In this document: piece by piece, positions 1 to 11,616 of the stretch
How the letters are laid out: the number at the start of each line of letters is the position of its first letter
Numbering within the stretch: the first letter of the stretch is position 1
Assembly (NCBI GenBank): GCA_963727445.1
Contig: CAVSGI010000013.1
Location: forward strand, 273,316-337,315
DNA from: an uncultured delta proteobacterium
GTDB taxonomy: Bacteria > Myxococcota_A > Polyangia > Polyangiales > B10-G4
Reading direction: 5' to 3'
DNA length: 64,000 nucleotides
Position numbers and translations under genes: made by a program
Notes under the pieces: generated by a model
The model's input: only the letters and a program-made list of their open reading frames with translations
Told to the model about the DNA's origin: nothing
Databases searched by the model: none

Positions 1-1040
<1,040 letters not shown>

Positions 1041-1053
1041 GGCGCAGGGCCCT

Positions 1054-1830
1054 TCAGGGGAAGAGCGCGTCGTCCGACGCGCAGTAGCTGGGTGTGCCGT
1101 AGAGGGCGCACAGTCCCGCCTCGTCGTCGGCGCTGAGCGTCTCGGGACGCGAGCCGGCACTACCCGGAAACAGGACGCTGCCGGCGGGTGGGGCCTCCAT
1201 GCTGAACCCACTGCAGAGCAGCAGCGAAGCGAGCACGTCACCCGCGTTGAGCTGATCGAGGGAGGCGAGGTCGACGGCGACGTCACAACCGAGGATGCGG
1301 CCAGTGTCCTGCTCGTACCACGTCGTCGGCAGGACATAGGTCGCCGCCGCGAGCTCCCCGCTCTCGGCAGCGCGGAAGTGGATGCGGCGCTCGGCGAGGG
1401 CCGGGACGGGAGAGGCGTCCGCGATTCCGGGCGCCGTGAAGCAGAGCTGCGCGCACATCACCGAGCCCACGCTCGCGATCGCTGCGTCCAAGCGCCCCGA
1501 AAGGGAAGCGAGGTCGGAGGACAGGGTCACGGGCACACAGGTGCCCAGGTCGATCTGGTGCACCGTGACGTCGCCCGAAGCGACGATGGTGGTCAGCGGA
1601 GAGCTCGGAGGAGTACCACGACATTCGGGAATACCGAGGCTGGTGCTCGAGCAGTGGTAGCTCCCGTCCATCGAAGGGTTCTCGCAGAGGAACGCGCTCG
1701 GACAGCCGAGCGTGCGGCAATCGTCACCGCCGCCGTCCCCCGCCGCGGAACCGTCATCACTGCATCCGCATACTGCGAGCGCCGCGACACCCACGACCCA
1801 GGTCAGATGCCTCGAACCATCCCCCATCAT
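1054..1830 (-). CDS. Secreted protein or lipoprotein, hypothetical. The C-terminus '[14 protein letters not shown]' resembles the matrixin C-terminal motif, but there is no HExxH.
   Basis: ATG at 1830 ([23 protein letters not shown], signal peptide with Cys). This is the 3' part of the 324-aa six-frame ORF. Confidence 0.45.
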   Translation of the reverse strand: MMGDGSRHLTWVVGVAALAVCGCSDDGSAAGDGGGDDCRTLGCPSAFLCENPSMDGSYHCSSTSLGIPECRGTPPSSPLTTIVASGDVTVHQIDLGTCVPVTLSSDLASLSGRLDAAIASVGSVMCAQLCFTAPGIADASPVPALAERRIHFRAAESGELAAATYVLPTTWYEQDTGRILGCDVAVDLASLDQLNAGDVLASLLLCSGFSMEAPPAGSVLFPGSAGSRPETLSADDEAGLCALYGTPSYCASDDALFP

Positions 1831-1933
1831 CGCCTCCAGACCGAGGACATATACACGACGGCCCGAGAGCCAAGGCTTTCGCTGACGTTGCTCCGCGGGG
1901 GAGAAGCAGGCCCGGGTGTCGTATACCGGGGGG

Positions 1934-2380
1934 ATGCAGGTCCTCTTCGCCGCTTCGATCGTGGTGCAGCTCGCCCTGGCGACGCACGCGTATCGGCACG
2001 GCCGCATCTCGCCCTGGCTGTGGATCATCCTGTTCTTCCCGCTCGTCGGCTCGCTGCTCTACGTGGTGCTCTTCATCCTGCCGGACGCCGCGCCCCGCGC
2101 GAGCCGCCGGCCCCAGCGCGAAGAGCTTCAGCTGAAGCGCGTCGCGCCCGGGCCCTTCGCGGCGCGGGGTGACCGGCCCGACAACGCCATCACCGTCGTC
2201 TCCGCGGCCGAGATCGAGCCGCGTGTCCGCCGCGAGGAGTGCCCCGAGTGCGGCGCCGACCTGACCATCGAAGATCACCGCGCCGACACCATCCGGGGCA
2301 AGCGCCTGCGCGTCGTCGTCACCAGCTGCCGCCGCTGCGAGGCGACGCCGGTGCGCTACTTCGAGATCGCGCCCGGCTGA
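1934..2380 (+). CDS. Small membrane protein with a PLD-N/cardiolipin-synthase-N-like transmembrane segment (LWIILFFPLVGSLLYVVLF) and a C-terminal CxxC...CxxC zinc ribbon.
   Basis: ORF 1916..2380. Two hydrophobic helices, then CPEC...CRRC. Confidence 0.45.
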   Translation: MQVLFAASIVVQLALATHAYRHGRISPWLWIILFFPLVGSLLYVVLFILPDAAPRASRRPQREELQLKRVAPGPFAARGDRPDNAITVVSAAEIEPRVRREECPECGADLTIEDHRADTIRGKRLRVVVTSCRRCEATPVRYFEIAPG

Positions 2381-2389
2381 GCCGCGCGC

Positions 2390-2800
2390 TCAGTACGCGC
2401 GCTTCATCAGGCCGTTCACTTCGCTCACCTGCTCGTTCATCGTCCAGTAGTCGTAGAGGACGCCGAGCATGAGGAAGCCGCCCGTGAAGAAGTAGAGGAT
2501 CGCGCTCAGGGCCTTGCCCATGTAGAGGCGATGCGCGCCGAAGGGGCCGAGGAAGGTCAGCAGGATCCAGGCGAAGTCGTAGCTGACCTCACCGTCGCGA
2601 TACTTCGAACGCGCGTTCCGGGCGAGGAAGGGCATCAGGAAGAGGTCGAGGAACCAGCCGATGCCGAGCAGGCCCAGGGTGAAGAACCAGATCGTTCCGG
2701 AGATGGGCCGGCCGTAATAGAAGCGATGGGCCCCCGTGAAGCCGAAGATCCACAGGAGATAGCCCATCAGGAGGCTGTGAGAGTCGCTTCGTTCCGCCAT
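2390..2800 (-). CDS. TM2 domain-containing membrane protein.
   Basis: Duplicated 'GAHRFYYG' / 'GAHRLYMGK' motifs typical of the TM2 domain. ATG at 2800 (MAERSD...). Confidence 0.65.
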   Translation of the reverse strand: MAERSDSHSLLMGYLLWIFGFTGAHRFYYGRPISGTIWFFTLGLLGIGWFLDLFLMPFLARNARSKYRDGEVSYDFAWILLTFLGPFGAHRLYMGKALSAILYFFTGGFLMLGVLYDYWTMNEQVSEVNGLMKRAY

Positions 2801-2907
2801 GTATTTCCTTCTACGTGGACGCCTGACCGGGTATTTCGATCTCGGCCGTGCCATGGCCCCGATTTGTGGTAGCGTCCGCGTCGCTGTCACAAGGAGACGT
2901 GCTCCCC

Positions 2908-3189
2908 ATGAAGGCCTATCACATCGTTATCGCTTCGTTTTTCGCCCTCGTCCTCTCTGCCTGCGGTGGAGGTAGCGAAGGGGACAGCTGCCACACGGAC
3001 GACAACTGCGGCAGCGGTCTGATCTGCGCCCACATCGCGGTCTGCGGCCCCGACAACCTCGACTCGTGCCCCGGCATGTGCGGCCAGCCCTGCGAGACGG
3101 ACGAGGAGTGCCCGACCAACCTCTGTGGCGCCACCATCGGCGGCATGCGCATCTGCCAGGAGTCGATGGCACCGATGCCCACGCCCTGA
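2908..3189 (+). CDS. Small cysteine-rich lipoprotein: 94 aa, with 10 Cys after the lipobox.
   Basis: AAGGAG Shine-Dalgarno at 2891-2896, ATG at 2908. MKAYHIVIASFFALVLSAC|GGG lipobox, then CHTDDNCGSGLICAHIAVCGPDNLDSCPGMCGQPCETDEECPTNLCG. Confidence 0.55.
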   Translation: MKAYHIVIASFFALVLSACGGGSEGDSCHTDDNCGSGLICAHIAVCGPDNLDSCPGMCGQPCETDEECPTNLCGATIGGMRICQESMAPMPTP

Positions 3190-3201
3190 TCTTCGGATCC
3201 G

Positions 3202-5385
3202 GTGGCCCCTGCCGACGTCTACGAAGGGCAGCACCGCGGCGACCGAGGCGCGTATCGACGCTACCTCGCGTCGATGGACGCGTCGATGCGGCAGAAGGTC
3301 GCGCTGACCGCAGCGCACCTCCTCTGTGAAGGCAAGATCGCCGACATGGGGATGGGCTCCGGCACCGGGAGCCAAGCCCTCGCGGCCCTCTACCCCGCGC
3401 TCGAAGTCGTCGGCGTCGACATCAGCGACACCATGGTGGAGCTCGCGCGCGAGCGCTTCGACCTCCGCAACCTGAGCTTCGTGGTCGGCGACATCGCCGA
3501 GCCGGTCTTCGAGGAGCGCAGCCTCGACGGCATCTTCGACTCCTCTGTCCTGCACCACGTCACGAGCTTCAACGGCTACGACCACGACGCCGCCGCGCGC
3601 TGCCTCGCGGTCCAGGCCGCGCAGCTGACCGAAGGCGGAGTCCTCGTGGTGCGCGACTTCCTCGATCCCGGCGAAGGCGAAGTGCTCCTCGAGGTGCGCG
3701 CGGACGACGGCGAGGACGTGGAGGATCCGCGGCGCGCGTCGACCGCACGGCTCTTCGAGCGTTTCGCCGAGGAGTTCCGCATCCTCTCGAAGGACAGCGG
3801 CTTCCGCTACGAAGAGGTGCCTGGAGCGCCCCGCGGCTTTCGGCGCTTCCGTCTTCCGCTGCGGCTGGCGGTGGAGTTCGTCCTGCGCAAGGACTACCGC
3901 GAGGACTGGGAGAGCGAGGTGAAGGAGGAGTACACCTACTTCACCCAGGCTCGCTTCGAAGAGGTCTTCGCCGAGCTCGGCCTGCGCGTGCTCGCATCGA
4001 CGCCGATCCGCAACCCCTGGATCGTCGAAAATCGCTTCGTCGATCAGATCGTGCTCCGCACGCCCGAGGGCGAGCCCCTCCCCCATCCCGCCACGAACTA
4101 CGTGATCGTGGGCGAACGCGTCGGCGCGAACGAAGGCGTGCGCTTTCGCCCCGGCCCTAGCCGCCCGGACGCCTCGTTCCTTCGCCTCAGCTGCTACGAG
4201 CACACCGGCGACGGCACGATGCGCGATCTCGTGCATCGCCCCCACCGAACGCTCGACGTGCTGCCCCACTTCGAGATCGATGGCGATCCCTTCGTCCTCG
4301 CCCGGATGAGCTACCCGCGACCCATCCTCGGGGTGCTCCCCCACGCCCTCGACGACAGTCATCCCCCCGGCTACGTGACCGAGCCGCTGAACGTGCTGCA
4401 GACCGACAAGCCGGAAGGGCGGACCGTGGAGGAGGCGCTCGTCGATCTGGCGTCGATCGACTCCGAGCACATCGTGAGCTTCGCCGCTGGGACCACCTAC
4501 TACCCGTCGCCGGGCGGCCTCGAGGAAGAGGTGCGCTCGGTGTTCGTCGAGGTGAAGCCGGTCTTCGTCGAGGAACGCATCGCCGACCTCAGCGGCTTTT
4601 CGACCTCCGGTCGGGTGCGCGCCATCGAAGCGCGGCAGCTCTTGCGCGCGGCGCAGGTGGGTGGGCTCCCCGACGCACGCCTCGAGCTCAACGTCTACGA
4701 CCTCTTGACGGATCGCGACCTCGACTACGGCCCCTGGATCGGCGCCGAGATCGACGTCCCGAGCGGCCCGCCTCCCGACGAGACGTCCAATCTCGCGTCG
4801 CTCCTCTCGCGCCCGCCGCGGCGCGTCTTTCGCACCGCCTCCGTAGAGCGATCACCCGGCTTCCTCGAGATCCGCGCGCAGACCTTCGATGAGCTCGACG
4901 CGAACGGTCGCGTGATCCACTCGCGCGTCCTCGAGCACGTGCGCCCCGGACCGCTCTCGCTCCGCACCGTGGTCACGGCCCCGCTCCGGCGCGCCGGGGA
5001 CGAGATCTTCCTCGGCATCGACGACGACGACCTCCCCGCTGCGCAGTGCTTCAGCGGCAACAGTCAGCTCCTGGTCGCCCCCGCTTGGCGCCTGCCGGAG
5101 CGCATCACGAACCTCCCGAAGGCCCTGGCCTGGGTCGAGGAGCGACTGCGTGAAGAGTACGGCCTGATGATCGGCCGCGCCTACGAGCTCGGCGGCCGCT
5201 ATCACCCGTCCGCCGGGGCGACAGCCGAGATCGTGCACCCCTACGCCTTCACGGTGCTGGACGAGCACCCCGGCCCGCGCACGCTTCACTGGGTACCGCT
5301 GCGCGACGTCACCAGACACGGCTTCGATCTCCGCGACGGACACCTCCGCGTGGTCGCCTTCCGCGCACTGCACGCGCTCGCGTGA
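3202..5385 (+). CDS. Class I SAM-dependent methyltransferase (N-terminal ~170 aa) fused to a ~550-aa C-terminal region of unknown function.
   Basis: GTG start 12 nt after the upstream stop. The 'VVGVDISDTMVELARERF...FVVGDI' methyltransferase motifs I-III follow 'GMGSGTGSQALAALYP'. The uninterrupted 727-aa ORF has coding-like composition throughout. Confidence 0.7.
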   Translation: MAPADVYEGQHRGDRGAYRRYLASMDASMRQKVALTAAHLLCEGKIADMGMGSGTGSQALAALYPALEVVGVDISDTMVELARERFDLRNLSFVVGDIAEPVFEERSLDGIFDSSVLHHVTSFNGYDHDAAARCLAVQAAQLTEGGVLVVRDFLDPGEGEVLLEVRADDGEDVEDPRRASTARLFERFAEEFRILSKDSGFRYEEVPGAPRGFRRFRLPLRLAVEFVLRKDYREDWESEVKEEYTYFTQARFEEVFAELGLRVLASTPIRNPWIVENRFVDQIVLRTPEGEPLPHPATNYVIVGERVGANEGVRFRPGPSRPDASFLRLSCYEHTGDGTMRDLVHRPHRTLDVLPHFEIDGDPFVLARMSYPRPILGVLPHALDDSHPPGYVTEPLNVLQTDKPEGRTVEEALVDLASIDSEHIVSFAAGTTYYPSPGGLEEEVRSVFVEVKPVFVEERIADLSGFSTSGRVRAIEARQLLRAAQVGGLPDARLELNVYDLLTDRDLDYGPWIGAEIDVPSGPPPDETSNLASLLSRPPRRVFRTASVERSPGFLEIRAQTFDELDANGRVIHSRVLEHVRPGPLSLRTVVTAPLRRAGDEIFLGIDDDDLPAAQCFSGNSQLLVAPAWRLPERITNLPKALAWVEERLREEYGLMIGRAYELGGRYHPSAGATAEIVHPYAFTVLDEHPGPRTLHWVPLRDVTRHGFDLRDGHLRVVAFRALHALA

Positions 5386-5475
5386 CGTTGAGCTTCCCTT
5401 CGACGGATGCGCGCATCTCGCCGGGGCGATTCGCCCCAGGCTTGTCGCGGCACGCCGGGTAGATACCGGAAGGGT

Positions 5476-5763
5476 ATGGACGCAACACAAGACGATCTGC
5501 TGCCGGCGGAGGGCCCTGCTCCCGCCGAGCTCTCGGTACCTCGTTGGGTGAAGGTCGTGGCCGTGACCGCGTGCGTGCTCATGCTCGCGCCGGTGGGGAT
5601 CGCCTTCGCCGTCGTCGCCATGCTCGTGCTCGCACCCATTGCGCTTCCTCTGCTCCCGCTCTTCATCGGGGACGTGGGAGGCGCTGCGAGCATCGAGTTC
5701 GAAGAGTACGAAGAGGCGAAGAAGGTGCATCACCCGCACACCCCTCATCACAGCTCTGCTTGA
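5476..5763 (+). CDS. Small membrane protein, hypothetical.
   Basis: ATG at 5476 (MDATQDD...), two hydrophobic helices (VKVVAVTACVLMLAPVGIAFAVVAMLVLAPIALPLLPLFIG), acidic/His-rich tail. Confidence 0.4.
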   Translation: MDATQDDLLPAEGPAPAELSVPRWVKVVAVTACVLMLAPVGIAFAVVAMLVLAPIALPLLPLFIGDVGGAASIEFEEYEEAKKVHHPHTPHHSSA

Positions 5764-5766
5764 AGC

Positions 5767-7299
<1,533 letters not shown>

Positions 7300-7354
7300 G
7301 TGGCGCCAGATGCTACATGGGGGGAGAGGGCTTCGCGACTCTTTCCTAAGACTC

Positions 7355-8245
7355 ATGGCACTCGACGAATGGCTCGCGATCGACGGCGTTCCGAGGGACG
7401 AAGCGCCCGAAGAGCACCGCGATGCGGAGGGGATCGCCGTCCGCAGCGACGCCCTCGTGTCCGTGGAGAGAGGGCGGATCACGGTGGTCCCCTGGACCTC
7501 GGTGCTGTCCGTGGTCCGGGTCGAAGATCGGGTCTACGCGCTCTGCCCGAGGCGTCCGCCCGCGCCCCCGTGGATCGAGATGAAAGCCTCCCACGCCGAG
7601 GCCATCGGCGAGACGCTCGACTCCTTGCGCGACAACCTCGCCGCGCGCGCCAGCCGCCGCGGATACCGGGAGGCGGGCCCGACCCGATCGCTGCTCTCGC
7701 CAAAGGAGCTCTTCGATCGCCTGATCGCGAAGGACCCGGTTCCCGGGACGGTGGAGGTGCCCGTCGGCTACGGGCCGGGCGGACGCACCAGGCTGACAAC
7801 GCGCATCGGACAGACCATCGCCGGGATGGGGATGGGCGCGCTGGGTGGCGTGTATGCGGGCGCCATCCTTCAGGCGATCTTCGTCGCACAGCCGGCGGTT
7901 GCGTTCATCGTCGGCATGGCCTCCACCACCACGGCGGGCGGCGCCGGTATGCTCTACCTGGCGCGTGACAAGAAGGGGCAGGGTCGGGTCCTGGCCCTCG
8001 CGCCCGACGGCATGGTCATCGGGCTGCCCCAAGGCGTCCGGGCGTATGGGTGGCAGGCGATCGGAGGGTTCCGCGGCGAAGAGCGCGTGCTGCCCGATGG
8101 GTCGGGCCGCTCCTTTCCGCACCTCGTGGTGCAGGGCAGCGACGAGCGCGAGATCGGTGCGATCCACGAGGCCTGGTTCGACCGCCCCCTCGACCTCATC
8201 GTCGCCGTCGCCGAGGCCTATCGCGCGCGATTCTCGAAAGCGTGA
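7355..8245 (+). CDS. Hypothetical protein with a central Gly-rich hydrophobic segment.
   Basis: ORF 7310..8245 with good codon bias. ATG at 7355 chosen (MALDEW...). The start is uncertain. Confidence 0.4.
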   Translation: MALDEWLAIDGVPRDEAPEEHRDAEGIAVRSDALVSVERGRITVVPWTSVLSVVRVEDRVYALCPRRPPAPPWIEMKASHAEAIGETLDSLRDNLAARASRRGYREAGPTRSLLSPKELFDRLIAKDPVPGTVEVPVGYGPGGRTRLTTRIGQTIAGMGMGALGGVYAGAILQAIFVAQPAVAFIVGMASTTTAGGAGMLYLARDKKGQGRVLALAPDGMVIGLPQGVRAYGWQAIGGFRGEERVLPDGSGRSFPHLVVQGSDEREIGAIHEAWFDRPLDLIVAVAEAYRARFSKA

Positions 8246-8273
8246 CGCCCGCCGCAGTCGCCGCGGTCAACCG

Positions 8274-8368
8274 ACGGGGACGGTCTACACTTTTCAACTT
8301 TCGGCGGTGTCAACTGACGGGGATGTCAACTGACGGGGACGGTCTACACTTTTCAACTTTCGGCGGTG
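8274..8368. repeat. REP-like element locus A. Two direct copies of ACGGGGACGGTCTACACTTTTCAACTTTCGGCGGTG (8274-8309 and 8333-8368) separated by a partly duplicated 23-nt linker.
   Basis: Exact 36-nt duplication read in the sequence. The same core recurs at ~27.7 kb and ~55.8 kb. Confidence 0.85.
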
Positions 8369-8562
8369 ACGCCGGTCTCAGCCGCCGAGAGATCGCCGCG
8401 TGCCTGGGCACGTGATGCTCGCCGTAGTCGCCGTGAGGGACGAGGTGTCCAGGTGCGTCAGCCGCCGAGCGCCCCCGCAGGCGCCGACTGAGGCGCACTG
8501 AAGATGCGTCGCAAGGAGGCGTCGAGGAGGAAAGCCGGCGGATGACGTGCCTGGGCGCCTCG

Positions 8563-9378
8563 TCAGGGCTCGGACCAGTAGTCCATGCCCTTCCGCGCCT
8601 CCGCCATGATCTCGACAGCGACGTCGCGGAGGGCGGCGTTGGTCGCGAGGACGCGGCCGCGCTTCATGTCGAGCGGGCGGCCCGTGTAGTCGATGGCGTG
8701 ACCCCCGGCTTCGCGCACGAAGAGCGCACCCGCGGCCATGTCCCAGATCTTGAGCTTCTGCTCCCAGAAGACCTCGTAGGTGCCATCGGCGACCATCGAG
8801 AGATCGAGCGCCGCAGCGCCGCAGCGCCGGATGCCGACGGTGCGCTGGATGAAGGCCGACCACTCGCGGAGGTTGTCGTCCTTGGTGGTGTGACGGTCGT
8901 AGGGGAAGCCGGTGGCGCAGAGCGCCTTGCGCATGTCGTTCGCCTCGCTGACCTTGCAGGGCGTCTCGTTACGGAGCACGCCGCTGCCCTTGCGCGCCTT
9001 CCAGCACACGTTCAGAGAGGGCGCGAAGACAACGCCCGTAACCGGCTCGAGGTCCTTGCAGAGCGCCAGGGAGATCCCCCAGTACGGATGTCCGTGAGCG
9101 AAGTTCGTCGTCCCGTCGATCGGGTCGACGTACCAGACGTATTCGGCCGAGTCGTCCTGCTCGCCCTCCTCGCCAACGACCGAGGTCCCGGGGAAGGAAG
9201 CCGCGAGCTGGCCACGGATGTAGTCCTCCGACTTCACGTCGTACTCGGTGACGAGATCGATCTCGCCCTTGAGCCGGATGTTCACCGGCTTCCGGTAACC
9301 CTCGAGGACCAGCTTCCCGGCCTCGCGGGCGATGCGCTCCGCCTCGGTGACGGCCTCGTCCAGCTCGCGTTCGTTCAT
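8563..9378 (-). CDS. suhB: Inositol monophosphatase family protein.
   Basis: 'WYVDPIDGTTNFAHGHPYWGISLAL' and 'WDMAAGALFVREAGG' IMPase motifs. ATG at 9378 (MNERELDEA). Confidence 0.8.
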   Translation of the reverse strand: MNERELDEAVTEAERIAREAGKLVLEGYRKPVNIRLKGEIDLVTEYDVKSEDYIRGQLAASFPGTSVVGEEGEQDDSAEYVWYVDPIDGTTNFAHGHPYWGISLALCKDLEPVTGVVFAPSLNVCWKARKGSGVLRNETPCKVSEANDMRKALCATGFPYDRHTTKDDNLREWSAFIQRTVGIRRCGAAALDLSMVADGTYEVFWEQKLKIWDMAAGALFVREAGGHAIDYTGRPLDMKRGRVLATNAALRDVAVEIMAEARKGMDYWSEP

Positions 9379-9391
9379 CGTCCCATCCTCG

Positions 9392-10810
9392 CTAACCCCG
9401 GAGGGCGAGCGATACCAGGACTCGGTCGTAGATGCCACCGAAGGCGCCGTTGCTCATCAGCACCACGGTGTCGCCGGGCCGCGCTTCGGCGCGGAGCTGC
9501 TCGACGATGGCGTCGATCGATGGGGCCGCGGTCGCGCTCCGCCCCGTACTGGCGATGCTCTCGACGATCGACGCGACGTCCAGACGCTCGGCGTCCTCGA
9601 TCTCCGGCCGCCCCACCGGCGCGAGGATCGTCACGTCCGCCGGCCGGAAGGCACGCGGATACTCGGCCTGATGTAGATTGCGCGACGCCGTCGCGCTCCG
9701 CGGCTCGAAGACGCCGAAGAGTCGGCCCTCGGGGTGCCGGGCGCGCAAGCCGCCCAGGGTCTCGCGCACCGCCGTCGGATGATGAGCGAAGTCCTCGTAC
9801 ACACGGACGCCGCCGGCGATCCCGATCAGCTCCTGTCGTCGCCGCACGCCGCGGAAGCTCCGCAGAAAGCCGCCGAGATCGCGCACGGCGATCCCCTGCG
9901 ACTCGGCCGCGAGCGCCATCGCCGCCACCGCGTTCTTCAGGTTGTGCCTCCCGCTCAGCGGCGAGTACATGCGTCCCGCGGAGGTGCCGCCGATGAAGAG
10001 GTCGAAGGGATGCGCGCCGCCTTGGGGCGCGACCTCCGCCGCGAGCCAGGTCGGCGTCACGTCGCCGGTGTCCTCGCCGTCGAGGGCGTAGTACACGACG
10101 CGGCATTGGGCGCGCTTCGCCACCGCGCGCACCTCCGGATCACCGGCCCAGGCCACGAGCACGCCCTCGGGATCGATGCGCTCCACGAAGCCGTCGAAGG
10201 CGGCGCGATAACTGGCCATGTCCGGATAGATGTCGATGTGATCGTGCTCGAGCGAGGTGAGGATCGCGGCGTGGGGCTCGTATCGCCAGAACTTCGGCTT
10301 TTTCTCGAAGAAGGCGCAGTCGTACTCGTCGCCTTCGATGACGAAGGGCGCGCGCTCGCCGCCCAGACGATAAGCCGCCTCGAAGTCGCGCGGGACGCCG
10401 CCCACCAAGAAGCCGGGGTCCTTGCCCGCCGCATGCAGCAGATAGGCGAGGAGGGCGGTGGTCGTCGTCTTGCCGTGAGTGCCCGCGACCACGAAGCCGG
10501 GGCGCTCCGCGAGGAAGATCTCTTCCATCGTCTGGGGAAAGCTCGCGTAGCGCATGCCGCCGTCGATGGCGGCGCGCGCCTCGGGATTGTCGCGACGGCA
10601 GACGTTGCCGACGACGACGAGGTCAGGTGCAGGCTCGAGGTTCTCCGGGCGGAAGCCCTCCATCGTCTCGACGCCCCAGCGCACCAGCGCTTCGCCCATC
10701 GGAGGATAGAAGGCGGTGTCGGATCCCGTGACCCGATGCCCGGCTGCGCGCAGGAGCCCCGCGAGCGCACCCATCCCCGTGCCTGCCACGCCGATCAGGT
10801 GTACGTGCAT
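9392..10810 (-). CDS. mpl: UDP-N-acetylmuramate:L-alanyl-gamma-D-glutamyl-meso-DAP ligase (Mur ligase family, Mpl-like).
   Basis: MHVHLIGVAGTGMGALAGLLRAAGHRVTGSD N-terminus. Mur ligase P-loop 'AGTHGKTTTTALLA'. ATG at 10810. Confidence 0.75.
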   Translation of the reverse strand: MHVHLIGVAGTGMGALAGLLRAAGHRVTGSDTAFYPPMGEALVRWGVETMEGFRPENLEPAPDLVVVGNVCRRDNPEARAAIDGGMRYASFPQTMEEIFLAERPGFVVAGTHGKTTTTALLAYLLHAAGKDPGFLVGGVPRDFEAAYRLGGERAPFVIEGDEYDCAFFEKKPKFWRYEPHAAILTSLEHDHIDIYPDMASYRAAFDGFVERIDPEGVLVAWAGDPEVRAVAKRAQCRVVYYALDGEDTGDVTPTWLAAEVAPQGGAHPFDLFIGGTSAGRMYSPLSGRHNLKNAVAAMALAAESQGIAVRDLGGFLRSFRGVRRRQELIGIAGGVRVYEDFAHHPTAVRETLGGLRARHPEGRLFGVFEPRSATASRNLHQAEYPRAFRPADVTILAPVGRPEIEDAERLDVASIVESIASTGRSATAAPSIDAIVEQLRAEARPGDTVVLMSNGAFGGIYDRVLVSLALRG

Positions 10811-10814
10811 GCCG

Positions 10815-11336
10815 TCAGCCGATGATCTTCTCGACCGTGTCGCGGGCGCGGCCTTCGACGATCGACTCGAGAAGCGTGCGCACCTTCGGATAGTCGGCGA
10901 GGACGCGCTCGATCCGATGCGCCTCGAAGGCGACGAGATCCAGCTCGGTCTGCGCGGTGACGGTCGCTGTGCGCTCACCTCCGGTAAGCACCGACACCTC
11001 GCCGAAACAACCACCCCGCGTCAGCTCGGCGAGGTGAACCTTCCCCGTGGACACGCGCGCCGTGCCCTTGAGGATCAGGTACATCGTGTCGCCGGGCTCA
11101 CCCTCTTCGATGACCTTGTCCCCTTCGTTGTAAGAACAGACGAAACCAGAGGTCAAAACCCGTCTTCGCCCTTCTTCGTCGAGGGATTTGAAGAGGTGAC
11201 TCGTGGCCACGATCTCGGCCATCTCCGCCATCAGAGCGCGGCGCTCCTCGTCCGAGAGGAGCCGCCCGCCCGGTGGGATGATCGAGGGGCTGTCGGTCAC
11301 GCATTCAAGATATCCGACGCTGCGCTTCGCCGCCAA
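10815..11336 (-). CDS. Cyclic nucleotide-binding domain protein.
   Basis: 'GDTMYLILKGTARV...GGCFGEVSVLTGGERTATV' cNMP-binding motif. 4-nt gap to mpl. An alternative ATG start lies at 11231. Confidence 0.55.
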   Translation of the reverse strand: MAAKRSVGYLECVTDSPSIIPPGGRLLSDEERRALMAEMAEIVATSHLFKSLDEEGRRRVLTSGFVCSYNEGDKVIEEGEPGDTMYLILKGTARVSTGKVHLAELTRGGCFGEVSVLTGGERTATVTAQTELDLVAFEAHRIERVLADYPKVRTLLESIVEGRARDTVEKIIG

Positions 11337-11616
11337 AGAAAGCGCCGGATCACCGCGCCCACAGCCCCCGACCCTTGACCGCTCACCCAGCCGTCCTCAT
11401 CATGGAGATGCGTTGACAGAGCAGAAGAAGCCTTCGAAGAAGAAGAGCCTCGCGGACCGCGCCAAGGAGTTCGTGAAGGACATCCTGGAAGCACTCGAAG
11501 ACATGGTCACGCCGCAGCCCGAGCTGATCCCGGTGCCCATCGACCGGCACCGCCGCCGCCGCTGAATCTCGCCCGCACCTTGCGAAGCCGAGCGCCGTGA
11601 CGAATGCTCCGGCGCC

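Noticed and set aside
2887-4470. 527-aa minus-strand ORF.
   Set aside because: It is antisense to the methyltransferase-fusion gene. The plus-strand frame has the methyltransferase motifs.
8270-8340. Small ORFs encoding '...GTVYTFQLS...' peptides at the three repeat loci (e.g. 7845..8333, 27528..27779, 55202..55981).
   Set aside because: They are translations of the REP-like repeat itself, and are in different frames and contexts at each locus.
11414-11565. Possible 50-aa Lys-rich small protein (TTG start, MTEQKKPSKKKSLADRAKEFVKDILEALEDMVTPQPELIPVPIDRHRRRR).
   Set aside because: It may be real (charged, helical), but it has no start-codon or RBS support and no recognisable family. I left it out of the feature list.
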